Shown one piece after another: positions 28,502-42,753 of a DNA stretch of 64,000 nt. Under the pieces are notes generated by a model, which saw only the letters and a list, made by a program, of their open reading frames with translations, ran no database searches and was not told the origin of the DNA. Source of the stretch: the human T2T-CHM13v2.0 reference genome, Homo sapiens. The position numbers were made by a program, and so were the translations under genes. Every line of letters begins with the position of its first letter. The first letter of the stretch is position 1. The stretch lies in assembly GCF_009914755.1 (NCBI RefSeq), contig NC_060948.1, one strand, 5' to 3'.

Positions 28502-31500
28502 GAATGTATTCGACTGGAATGGAATGTTCTGGAAGTGAATGGACTCCAATGGAATGGATTCAAAAGGAATGGAATCGTACGGAATGGAATCTAATGGAAT
28601 GGAATTAAATGGAAATGAATCAAATTGAATAGCACGGAATTGAATTGAATGGAATGGAATGCAATGGAATCTAATGAAACGGAAAGGAAAGGAATGGAAT
28701 GGAATGGAATGGGCTGGAATGGAAAGGAATCGAAACGAATGGAATGGAATCGAACTGAAGAGACTGGAATGGAATGCACTGGAATGGAAGGGAGTGTAAT
28801 GGAAGGTTCTCGAAAAAAATGGAATCGAATGGAATGGAATTGAATGGAACGGAATAGAGTCGAATGGAATTGAATGGAATGGAATGGACTAGAGTGAAAT
28901 GGAATCGAACCACAAGGAATGGACAGGAATAGAATGGTCTCGAATTGAATGGAATCGTATGGAATGGCATCAAACGGAATGGAATGGACAGCCACGGAAT
29001 GGAATGCACTCGAATGCAATGGAGTCGAAACTAACGGACTGGAATAGAATGGACTCGACTGGTACGGACTCCAATGGAATGGAATCGAATGGAAGGGAAT
29101 CGAACGGAAGGGAATCGAACGGAATGGACTCGAAGGGAAAAGACTGCAATGGAAAGGTCTCGAATGGAATGGAAATTAATGGAATGGAATGGAATCGAAT
29201 GAAATGGAGTCAAAAGGAATGGAATCGAATGGCAAGAAATCGAATGTAATGGAATCGCAAGGAATTGATGTGAACGGAACGGAATGGAATGGAATCCAAA
29301 GTAATGGAATAGAATGGAATGGAATCGAATGGAAAGGACTCAAATGGAAATCACTCGAATAGAATGCAATTTAATAAAATAGGATCAAATGTAATGGAAT
29401 GGAATGGAAAGGAATCGAAACGAAAGGAATGGAGACAGATGGAATGGAATGGAACAGAGAGCAATGGTATAGAATGGAATGGAATCATCTAGAATGGAAT
29501 TGAATGGAATGGAATAATATGAAATGGAATGGAATGGAATGGAATGGAATGGAATGCCCTTGAATTAAATGGACTGGAAACGAATGGACTCGAAGAGAGT
29601 GGAATGGAAAGTGTTGAGATAGAATGGAATGGACTCCTTTGGAATGGTGTAGTATGCAATTCAATCGACTGGCAGGGAATCAAAAGGAATGTAATCGAAT
29701 GGATTGGACTGGAATGCGATGGACTCGAATAGATTGGAAACGGAATGCAAAGGAATGGAATGGAATAGTATGGAATGGAATGGAAAGGAATGGAGTGGAA
29801 TAGACTAGAGTGGAATGGAATGGACTGGAACGCAATGGACTGGAATGGAACTTTCTTGAATGGACTGGAATCAAACGGAATGGAATGCAATGCAATCAAA
29901 TGGCATGGAATAACATAGAATGAAAGAGAATCAAATGGAATTGAATCGAATGGAATCGAATGGATTGGAAAGGAATAGAATGGAATGGAATGGAATTGAC
30001 TCAAATGGAATGGACTAGAATGGAATGGATTCGAATGGAAGGCAAAGGAATGGAATCTATTGGAATGGACTGTAATGGAATGGAATGGAAGGGATTGCAA
30101 TGGACTCGAATGGAATGGACTGCAATAGAAAGGATTCGAATGGAATGAAAAAGAATTGAATGGAATAGAACAGAATGGAATCAAATCGAATGAAATGGAA
30201 TGGAATAGAAAGGAATGGAATGAAATGGAATGGAAAGGATTCGAATGGAATGCAATCGAATGGAATGGAATCGAACGGAATGGAATAAAATGGAAGAAAA
30301 CTGGCAAGAAATGGAATCGAAAGGAATGGAGTGTTATGGAACGGACTCAAAAGGAATTGAATGTAATAGAATGGAGTGGAGTGGACTCGAATATAATGGA
30401 CTGGAATGGAATGAAATCACATGGAATGGGAACGAATGGAATGGAATGGAAAGGAATGGAATCGAATGGAAAGGAATCGAATGGAAGGGAATGAAATTGA
30501 ATCAACAGGAATGGAAGGGAATAGAATAGACGGTAATGGAATGGACTCGAATAGAATGGACACGAATGCTCAAATTGAATGGACTCGAATGGAATGGAAA
30601 CGAAAGGAATGTCATCGAATGGAATTGAATCGATTGGAATGAAATCGCATAGAATGGAGTGGAATCAAATGGAATTGAATCGAAAGGAAAGGAAGCAAAT
30701 GGACTGAAATGAAATGGAATGGAATTGAATGGAAAGTAATGCAATGGAATAGAATGGAACGAAATTTCACGGAATGGAATCAAACTGAATGGAATCAAAT
30801 CAATGGAATCAAATCAAATGGAATGGAAAGGAATTGAATGGAGTAGATTGGATTGGATGGGATTGGAATGAAATGTACTGGAAAGGACTCGAATTTCATG
30901 AAACGGAATGGAATGAATTGGAACGGAATGGACTCGAATGGAATGGAATGTCATGGAATGGCATCAAATGGAATGGCATCAAATGGAATGGAATCGAATG
31001 CAATGGAATGCTATGGAATGGAATGGAATGCATTGGAATGGAATGTCCTCTAATGGAATGGATTCGAGTGGAATGGAATCAAATATAATGGAGTCGAATG
31101 AAATGGAATTGAAAGGAATGGGATCGAATACAATGGAATATACTGGAATGTAATGTAATGAACTCGAATGTAATTGACTGGAATGGAATGTACATGAATG
31201 GAATGTAATCGAATGGAAAGTAATCCAATGGAATAGAATCTAATGCAATAAAATCGACTCAGATAGAGTAGAATGTAATGGAATGGAGTGCAGTGCAATG
31301 GAATGGAATGGAATGGAATGGAATGGAAAGAAATGGAATGGAATGGAATGGAATGGAATGGGATGGAATGGGATGGAATGGTATGGAATGGATAGTAATG
31401 GACTGGAGTGAAATGGACTGGAAAGGAATGGACTCAAATTGAAAGGGCTCGAAAGGAATGGAGTCAAATGGAATGGTCTGGAATGGAATGAACACGAATG

Positions 31501-32090
31501 TAATGCAATCCAATAGAATGGAATCGAATGGCATGGAATATAAAGAAATGGAATCGAAGAGAATGGAAACAAATGGAATGGAATTGAATGGAATGGAATT
31601 GAATGGAATGGGAACGAATGGAGTGAAATTGTATGCAGTAGAAGGGAATAGAATGGAATGCAAGCGAAAGGAAAGGAATGGATTGGAATGGAATGGAATT
31701 CATTGGAATGGAAGGGAATGTAGTGTAATGGACAGGCCTGGAATAATGTGGAATGCTACGGTCTCGAATTGAATAAAAATGTATGGAATGGAATGCAATG
31801 AAACGGAATCGAATGTCATAGAATGTAATGGAATGCAAAAAAACGGAATCCAAAATCATTGACTGGAAAGGCTGGGTGTTGAAAGGAATTGACTCCAATG
31901 GAATGGAATCGAATGGAATGGAAGTGAATAGAATCGAACTAAATCGAATGGAATGGAATTGATAGGAACGGAATGGAAAGGAATGCAATGATTTGGCATG
32001 GAATGGAATCGAATGGCATCGAATGGAATGGAATGGAATGCAATGGAATGGAATGTATTAGAATGTAATGAACTTTAATGGAATGTACTC
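28502..32090 (+). repeat. Monomer 9 (3589 bp)
   Basis: Anchor-to-anchor distance; 15-bp duplication at 29092-29121, TCTAGA at 29488. Confidence 0.9.
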
Positions 32091-35000
32091 GAATGGATTC
32101 GACTGGAATGGAATGTTCTGGAAGTGAATGGACTCCAATGGAATGGATTCAAAAGGAATGGAATCGTACGGAATGGAATCTAATGGAATGGAATTAAATG
32201 GAAATGAATCAAATTGAATAGCACGGAATTGAATTGAATGGAATGGAATGCAATGGAATCTAATGAAACGGAAAGGAAAGGAATGGAATGGAATGGAATG
32301 GGCTGGAATGGAAAGGAATCGAAACGAATGGAATGGAATCGAACTGAAGAGACTGGAATGGAATGCACTGGAATGGAAGGGAGTGTAATGGAAGGTTCTC
32401 GAAAAAAATGGAATCGAATGGAATGGAATTGAATGGAACGGAATAGAGTCGAATGGAATTGAATGGAATGGAATGGACTAGAGTGAAATGGAATCGAACC
32501 ACAAGGAATGGACAGGAATAGAATGGTCTCGAATTGAATGGAATCGTATGGAATGGCATCAAACGGAATGGAATGGACAGCCACAGAATGGAATGCACTC
32601 GAATGCAATGGAGTCGAAACTAATGGACTGGAATAGAATGGACTCGACTGGTACGGACTCCAATGGAATGGAATCGAATGGAAGGGAATCGAACGGAATG
32701 GACTCGAAGGGAAAAGACTGCAATGGAAAGGTCTCGAATGGAATGGAAATAAATGGAATGGAATGGAATCGAATGCAATGGAGTCAAAAGGAATGGAATC
32801 GAATGGCAAGAAATCGAATGTAATGGAATCGCAAGGAATTGATGTGAACGGAACGGAATGGAATGGAATCCAAAGGAATGGAATAGAATGGAATGGAATC
32901 GAATGGAAAGGACTCGAATGGAAATCACTCGAATAGAATGCAATTTAATAAAATAGGATCAAATGTAATGGAATGGAATGGAAAGGAATCGAAACGAAAG
33001 GAATGGAGACAGATGGAATGGAATGGAACAGAGAGCAATGGTATAGAATGGAATGGAATCATCTGGAATGGAATTGAATGGAATGGAATAATATGAAATG
33101 GAATGGAATGGAATGGAATGGAATGCCCTTGAATTAAATGGACTGGACTCGAACAGAGTGGAATGGAAAGTGTTGAGATAGAATGGAATGGACTCCTTTG
33201 GAATGGTCTAGTATGCAATGCAATCGACTGGCAGGGAATCAAAAGGAATGTAATGGAATGGATTAGACTGGAATGCAATGGACTCGAATAGATTGGAAAC
33301 GGAATGCAAAGGAATGGAATGGAATAGTATGGAATGCAATGGAAGGGAATGGAGTGGAATAGACTAGAGTGGAATGGAATGGACTGGAAAGCAATGGACT
33401 GGAATGGAAATTTCTTGGATGGACTGTAATCAAACGGAATGGAATGCAATGCAATCAAATGGCATGGAATAAAATAGAATGAAAGAGAATCAAATGGAAT
33501 TGAATCGAATGTAATCGAATGGATTGGAAAGGAATAGAATGGAATGGAATGGAATTGACTCAAATGGAATGGACTAGAATGGAATGGATTCGAATGGAAG
33601 GCAAAGGAATGGAATCTATTGGAATGGACTGTAATGGAATGGAATGGAAGGGATTGGAATGGACTCGAATGGAATGGACTGCAATAGAAAGGATTCGAAT
33701 GGAATGAAAAAGAATTGAATGGAATAGAACAGAATGGAATCAAATCGAATGAAATGGAATGGAATAGAAAGGAATGGAATGAAATGGAATGGAAAGGATT
33801 CGAATGGAATGCAATCGAATGGAATGGAATCGAACGGAATGGAATAAAATGGAAGAAAACTGGCAAGAAATGGAATCGAAATGAATGGAGTGTTATGGAA
33901 CGGAATCAAAAGGAATTGAATGTAATAGAATGGAGTGGAGTGGACTCGAATATAATGGACTGGAATGGAATGAAATCACATGGAATGGGAACGAATGGAA
34001 TGGAATGGAAAGGAATGGAATCGAATGGAAAGGAATCGAATGGAAGGGAATGAAATTGAATCAACAGGAATGGAAGGGAATAGAATAGACTGTAATGGAA
34101 TGGACTCGGATAGAATGGACACGAATGCTCAAATTAAATGGACTCGAATGGAATGGAAACGAAAGGAATGTCATCGAATGGAATTGAATCGATTGGAATG
34201 AAATCGCATAGAATGGAGTGGAATCAAATGGAATTGAATCGAAAGGAAAGGAAGCGAATGGACTGAAATGAAATGGAATGGAATTGAATGGAAAGTAATT
34301 CAATGGAATAGAATGGAACGAAATTTCACGGAATGGAATCAAACTGAATGGAATCAAATCAATGGAATCAAATCAAATGGAATGGAAAGGAATTGAATGG
34401 AGTAGATTGGATTGGATGGGATTGGAATGAAATGTACTGGAAAGGACTCGAATTTCATGAAAAGGAATGGAATGAATTGGAACGGAATGGACTCGAATGG
34501 AATGGAATGTCATGGGATGGCATCAAAGGGAATGGCATCAAATGGAAGGGAATCGAATGCAATGGAATGCTATGGAATGGAATGGAAAGCATTGGAATGG
34601 AATGTCCTCTAATGGAATGGATTCGAGTGGAATGGAATTGAATATAATGGAGTCGAATGAAATGGAATTGAAAGGAATGGGATCGAATACAATGGAATAT
34701 ACTGGAATGTAACGTAATGAACTCGAATGTAATTGACTGGAATGGAATGTACATGAATGGAATGTAATCGAATGGAAAGTAATCCAATGGAATAGAATCT
34801 AATGCAATAAAATCGACTCAGATAGAGTAGAATGTAATGGAAAGGAGTGCAGTGCAATGGAATGGAATGGAATGGAATGCAATGGAATGGAATGGAATGG
34901 AATGGAATGGAGTGGAATGGAATGGGATGGAATGGTATGGAATGGATAGTAATGGACTGGAGTGAAATGGACTGGAAAGGAATGGACTCAAATTGAAAGG

Positions 35001-35644
35001 GCTCGAAAGGAATGGAGTCAAATGGAATGGTCTGGAATGGAATGAACACGAATGTAATGCAACCCAATAGAATGGAATCGAATGGCATGGAATATAAAGA
35101 AATGGAATCGAAGAGAATGGAAACAAATGGAATGGAATTGAATGGAATGGAATTGAATGGAATGGGAACGAATGGAGTGAAATTGTATGCAGTAGAAGAG
35201 AATAGAATGGAATGCAAGCGAAAGGAAAGGAATGGATTGCAATGGAATGGAATTCATTGGAATGGAAGGGAATGTAGTGTAATGGACAGGACTGGAATAA
35301 AGTGGAATGCTACGGTCTCGAATGGAATAAAAATGTATGGAATGGAATGCAATGAAACGGAATCGAATGTCATAGAATGTAATGGAATGCAAAAAAATGG
35401 ACTCCAAAATCATTGACTGGAAAGGCTGGGTGTCGAAAGGAATTGACTCCAATGGAATGGAATCGAATGGAATGGAAGTGAATAGAATCGAACTAAATCG
35501 AATGGAATGGAATTGATAGGAACGGAATGGAAAGGAATGCAATGATTTGGCATGGAATGGAATCGAATGGCATCAAATGGAATGGAATGGAATGCAATGG
35601 AATGGAATGTATTAGAATGTAATGAACATTAATGGAATGTACTC
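32091..35644 (+). repeat. Monomer 10 (3554 bp), HaeIII site lost
   Basis: Anchor-to-anchor distance; CAGGACTGG replaces CAGGCCTGG at 35289. Confidence 0.9.
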
Positions 35645-38600
35645 GAATGGATTCGACTGGAATGGAATGTTCTGGAAGTGAATGGACTCCAATGGAATGG
35701 ATTCGAAAGGAATGGAATCGAACGGAATGGAATCTAATGGAATGGAATTAAATGGAAATGAATCAAATTGAATAGCACGGAATTGAATTGAATGGAATCG
35801 AATGCAATGGAATCTAATGAAACGGAAAGGAAAGAATGGAATGGAATGGAATGGGCTGGAATGGAAAGGAATCGAAACGAATGGAATGGAATCGAACTGA
35901 AGAGACTGGAATGGAATGCACTGGAATGGAAGGGAGTGTAATGGAAGGTTCTCGAAAAAAATGGAATCGAATGGAATGGAATTGAATGGAACGGAATATA
36001 GTCGCATGGAATTGAATGGAATGGAATGGACTAGAGTGAAATGGAATCGAACCAAAAGGAATGGAAAGGAATAGAATGGTCTCGAATTGAATGGAATCGT
36101 ATGGAATGGCATCAAACGGAATGGAAAGGACAGCCACGGAATGGAATGCACTCGAATGCAATGGAGTCGAAACTAATGGACTGGAATAGAATGGACTCGA
36201 CTGGTACGGACTCCAATGGAATGGAATCGAATGGAAGGGAATCAAACGGAATGGACTCGAAGGGAAAAGACTGCAATGGAAAGGTCTCGAATGGAATGGA
36301 AATTAATGGAATGGAATGGAATCGAATGAAATGGAGTCAAAAGGAATGGAATCGAATGGCAAGAAATCGAATGTAATGGAATCGCAAGGAATTGATGTGA
36401 ACGGAACGGAATGGAATGGAATCCAAAGGAATGGAATAGAATGGAATGGAATCGAATGGAAAGGACTCGAATGGAAATCACTCGAATAGAATGCAATTTA
36501 ATAAAATAGGATCAAATGTAATGGAATGGAATGGAAAGGAATCGAAACGAAAGGAATGGAGACAGATGGAATGGAATGGAACAGAGAGCAATGGTATAGA
36601 ATGGAATGGAATCATCTGGAATGGAATTGAATTGAATGGAATAATATGAAATGGAATGGAATGGAATGGAATGGAATGCCCTTGAATTAAATGGACTGGA
36701 ATGGAATGGACTCAAACAGAGTGGAATGGAAAGTGTGGAGATAGAATGGAATGAACTCCTTTGGAATGGTCTAGTAGGCAATGCAATCGACTGGCAGGGA
36801 ATCAAAAGGAATGTAATCGAATGGATTGGACTGGAATGCAATGGACTCGAATAGATTGGAAACGGAATGCAAAGGAATGGAATGGAATAGTATGGAATGG
36901 AATGGAAAGGAATGGAGTGGAATAGACTAGAGTGGAATGGAATGGACTGGAAAGCAATGGACTGGAATGGAACTTTCTTGAATGGACTGGAATCAAACGG
37001 AATGGAATGCAATGCAATCAAATAGCATGGAATAACATAGAATGAAAGAGAATCAAATGGAATTGAATCGAATGGAATCGAATGGATTGGAAAGGAATAG
37101 AATGGAATGGAATGGAATTGACTCAAATGGAATGGACTAGAATGGAATGGATTCGAATGGAAGGCAAAGGAATGGAATCTATTGGAATGGACTGTAATGG
37201 AATGGAATGGAAGGGATTGGAATGGACTCGAATGGAATGGACTGCAATAGAAAGGATTCGAATGGAATGAAAAAGAATTGAATGGAATAGAACAGAATGG
37301 AATCAAATCGAATGAAATGGAATGGAATAGAAAGGAATGGAATGAAATGGAATGGAAAGGATTCGAATGGAATGCAATCGAATGGAATGGAATCGAACGG
37401 AATGGAATAAAATGGAAGAAAACTGGCAAGAAATGGAATCGAAATGAATGGAGTGTTATGGAATGGACTCAAAAGGAATTGAATGTAATAGAATGGAGTG
37501 GAGTGGACTCGAATATAATGGACTGGAATGGAATGAAATCACATGGAATGGGAACGAATGGAATGGAATGGAATGGAATGGAATCGAATGGAAAGGAATC
37601 GAATGGAAGAGAATGAAATTGAATCAACAGGAATGGAAGGGAATAGAATAGACGGTAATGGAATGGACTCGAATAGAATGGACACGAATGTTCAAATTGA
37701 ATGGACTCGAATGGAATGGAAACGAAAGGAATGTCATCGAATGGAATTGAATCGATTGGAATGAAATCGCATAGAATGGAGTGGAATCAAATGGAATTGA
37801 ATCGAAAATAAAGGAAGCGAATGGACTGAAATGAAATGGAATGGAATTGAATGGAAAGTAATGCAATGGAATAGAATGGAACGAAATTTCACGGAATGGA
37901 ATCAAACTGAATGGAATCAAATCAATGGAATCAAATCAAATGGAATGGAAAGAATTGAATGGAGTAGATTGGATTGGATGGGATTGGAATGAAATGTACT
38001 GGAAAGGACTCGAATTTCATGAAACGGAATGGAATGAGTTGGAACGGAATGGACTCGAATGGAATGGAATGTCATGGAATGGCATCAAATGGAATGGCAT
38101 CAAATGGAATGGAATCGAATGCAATGGAATGCTATGGAATGGAATGGAATGCATTGGAATGGAATGTCCTCTAATGGAATGGATTCGAGTGGAATGGAAT
38201 CGAATATAATGGAGTCGAATGAAATGGAATTGAAAGGAATGGGATCGAATACAATGGATGGAATGTAATGTAATGAACTCGAATGTAATTGACTGGAATG
38301 GAATGTACATGAATGGAATGTAATCGAATGGAAAGTAATCCAATGGAATAGAATGTAATGCAATAAAATCGACTCAGATAGAGTAGAATGTAATGGAATG
38401 GAGTGCAGTGCAATGGAATGGAATGGAATGGAATGCAATGGAATGGAATGGAATGGAATGGAATGGAATGGAATGGAATGGGATGGAATGGTTTGGGATG
38501 GATAGTAATGGACTGGAATGAAATGGACTGGAAAAGAATGGACTCAAATTGAAAGGGCTCGAAAGGAATGGAGTCAAATGGAATGGTCTGGAATGGAATG

Positions 38601-39199
38601 AACACGAATGTAATGCCATCCAATAGAATGGAATCGAATGGCATGGAATATAAAGAAATGGAATCGAAGAGAATGGAAACAAATGGAATGGAATTGAATG
38701 GAATGGAATTGAATGGAATGGGAACGAATGGAGTGAAATTGTATGCAGTAGAAGAGAATAGAATGGAATGCAAGCGAAAGGAAAGGAATGGATTGCAATG
38801 GAATGGAATTCATTGGAATGGAAGGGAATGTAGTGTAATGGACAGGCCTGGAATAAAGTGGAATGCTACGGTCTCGAATGGAATAAAAATGTATGGAATG
38901 GAATGCAATGAAACGGAATCGAATGTCATAGAATGTAATGGAATGCAAAAAATGGAATCCAAAATCATTGAATGGAAAGGCTGGGTGTCGAAAGGAATTG
39001 ACTGCAAAGGAATGGAATCGAATGGAATGGAAGTGAATAGAATCGAACTAAATCGAATGGAATGGAATTGATAGGAACGGAATGGAAAGGAATGCAACGA
39101 TTTGGCATGGAATGGAATCGAATGGCATCGAATGGAATGGAATGGAATGCAATGGAATGGAATGTATTAGAATGTAATGAACATTAATGGAATGTACTC
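35645..39199 (+). repeat. Monomer 11 (3555 bp), several small indels
   Basis: Anchor-to-anchor distance; out-of-phase deletions at ~35833, ~37951, ~38258 and ~38950. Confidence 0.9.
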
Positions 39200-42100
39200 G
39201 AATGGATTCGACTGGAATGGAATGTTCTGGAAGTGAATGGACTCCAATGGAATGGATTCGAAAGGAATGGAATCGAACGGAATGGAATCTAATGGAATGG
39301 AATTAAATGGAAATGAATCAAATTGAATAGCACGGAATTGAATTGAATGGAATCGAATGCAATGGAATCTAATGAAACGGAAAGGAAAGGAATGCAATGG
39401 AATGGAATGGGCTGGAATGGAAAGGAATCGAAACGAATGGAATGGAATCGAACTGAAGAGACTGGAATGGAATGCACTGGAATGGAAGGGAGTGTAATGG
39501 AAGGTTCTCGAAAAAAATGGAATCGAATGGAATGGAATTGAATGGAACGGAATAGAGTCGCATGGAATTGAATGGAATGGAATGGACTAGAGTGAAATGG
39601 AATTGAACCAAAAGGAATGGACAGGAATAGAATGGTCTCGAATTGAATGGAATCCTATGGAATGGCATCAAACGGAATGGAATGGACAGCCACGGAATGG
39701 AATGCACTCGAATGCAATGGAGTCGAAACTAATGGACTGGAATAGAATGGATTCGACTGGTAAGGACTCCAATGGAATGGAATCGAATGGAAGGGAATCG
39801 AACGGAATGGACTCGAAGGGAAAAGACTGCAATGGAAAGGTCTCGAATGGAATGGAAATTAATGGAATGGAATGGAATCGAATGAAATGGAGTCAAAAGG
39901 AATGGAATCGAATGGCAAGAAATCGAATGTAATGGAATCGCAAGGAATTGATGTGAACGGAACGGAATGGAATGGAATCCAAAGGAATGGAATAGAATGG
40001 AATGGAATCGAATGGAAAGGACTCGAATGGAAATCACTCGAATAGAATGCAATTTAATAAAATAGGATCAAATGTAATGGAATGGAAAGGAAAGGAATCG
40101 AAACGAAAGGAATGGAGACAGATGGAATGGAATGGAACAGAGAGCAATGGTATAGAATGGAATGGAATCATCTGCAATGGAATTGAATGGAATGGAATAA
40201 TATGAAATGGAATGGAATGGAATGGAATGGAATGCCCTTGAATTAAATGGACTGAACTCGAACAGAGTGGAATGGAAAGTGTTGAGATAGAATGGAATGG
40301 ACTCCTTTGGAATGGTCTAGTAGGCAATGCAATCGACTGGCAGGGAATCAAAAGGAATGTAATCGAATGGATTGGACTGGAATGCAATGGACTCGAATAG
40401 ATTGGAAACGGAATGCAAAGGAATGGAATGGAATAGTATGGAATGCAATGGAAGGGAATGGAGTGGAATAGACTAGAGTGGAATGGAATGGACTGGAAAG
40501 CAATGGACTGGAATGGAACTTTCTTGGATGGACTGGAATCAAACGGAATGGAATGCAATGCAATCAAATGGCATGGAATAAAATAGAATGAAAGAGAATC
40601 AAATGGAATTGAATCGAATGGAATCGAATGGATTGGAAAGGAATAGAATGGAATGGAATGGAATTGACTCAAATGGAATGGACTAGAATGGAATGGATTC
40701 GAATGGAAGGCAAAGGAATGGAATCTATTGGAATGGACTGTAATGGAATGGAATGGAAGGGATTGGAATGGACTCGAATGGAATGGACTGCAATAGAAAG
40801 GATTCGAATGGAATGAAAAAGAATTGAATGGAATAGAACAGAATGGAATCAAATCGAATGAAATGGAATGGAATAGAAAGTAATGGAATGAAATGGAATG
40901 GAAAGGATTCGAATGGAATGCAATCGAATGGAATGGAATCGAACGGAATGGAATAAAATGGAAGAAAACTGGCAAGAAATGGAATCGAAATGAATGGAGT
41001 GTTATGGAACGGACTCAAAAGGAATTGAATGTAATAGAATGGAGTGGAGTGGACTCGAATATAATGGACTGGAATGGAATGAAATCACATGGAATGGGAA
41101 CGAATGGAATGGAATGGAAAGGAATGGAATCGAATGGAAAGGAATCGAATGGAAGGGAATGAAACTGAATCAACAGGAATGGAAGGGAATAGAATAGACG
41201 GTAATGGAATGGACTCGAATAGAATGGACACGAATGCTCAAATTGAATGGACTCGAATGGAATGGAAACGAAAGGAATGTCATCGAATGGAATTGAATCG
41301 ATTGGAATGAAATCGCATAGAATGGAGTGGAATCAAATGGAATTGAATCGAAAGGAAAGGAAGCGAATGGACTGAAATGAAATGGAATGGAATTGAATGG
41401 AAAGTAATGCAATGGAATAGAATGGAACGAAATTTCACGGAATGCAATCAAACTGAATGGAATCAAATCAATGGAATCTAATCAAATGGAATGGAAAGGA
41501 ATTGAATGGAGTAGATTGGATTGGATGGGATTGGAATGAAATGTACTGGAAAGGACTCGAATTTCATGAAACGGAGTGGAATGAATTGGAACGGAATGGA
41601 CTCGAATGGAATGGAATGTCATGGAATGGCATCAAATGGAATGGCATCAAATGGAATGGAATCGAATGCAATGGAATGCTATGGAATGGAATGGAATGCA
41701 TTGGAATGGAATGTCCTCTAATGGAATGGATTCGAGTGGAATGGAATCGAATATAATGGAGTCGAATGAAATGGAATTGAAAGGAATGGGATCGAATACA
41801 ATGGAATATACTGGAATGTAATGTAATGAACTCGAATGTAATTGACTGGAATGGAATGTACATGAATGGAATGTAATCGAATGGAAAGTAATCCAATGGA
41901 ATAGAATCTAATGCAATAAAATCGACTCAGATAGAGTAGAATGTAATGGAATGGAGTGCAGTGCAATGGAATGGATTGGAATGGAATGCAATGGAATGGA
42001 ATGGAATGGAATGGAATGGAATGGAATGGAATGGGATGGAATGGTATGGAATGGATAGTAATGGACTGGAATGAAATGGACTGGAAAAGAATGGACTCAA

Positions 42101-42753
42101 ATTGAAAGGGCTCGAAAGGAATGGAGTCAAATGGAATGGTCTGGAATGGAATGAACACGAATGTAATGCAACCCAATAGAATGGAATCGAATGGCATGGA
42201 ATATAAAGAAATGGAATCGAAGAGAATGGAAACACATGGAATGGAATTGAATGGAATGGAATTGAATGGAATGGGAACGAATGGAGTGAAATTGTATGCA
42301 GTAGAAGAGAATAGAATGGAATGCAAGCGAAAGGAAAGGAATGGATTGCAATGGAATGGAATTCATTGGAATGGAAGGGAATGTAGTGTAATGGACAGGC
42401 CTGGAATAAAGTGGAATGCTACGGTCTCGAATGGAATAAAAATGTATGGAATGGAATGCAATGAAACGGAATCGAATGTCATAGAATGTAATGGAATGCA
42501 AAAAAATGGAATCCAAAATCATTGAATGGAAAGGCTGGGTGTCGAAAGGAATTGACTGCAATGGAATGGAATTGAATGGAATGGAAGTGAATAGAATCGA
42601 ACTAAATCGAATGGAATGGAATTGATAGGAACGGAATGGAAAGGAATGCAATGATTTGGAATGGAATGGAATCGAATGGCATCGAATGGAATGGAATGGA
42701 ATGCAATGGAATGGAATGTATTAGAATGTAATGAACATTAATGGAATGTACTC
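39200..42753 (+). repeat. Monomer 12 (3554 bp)
   Basis: Anchor-to-anchor distance; GGCC at 42398. Confidence 0.9.
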
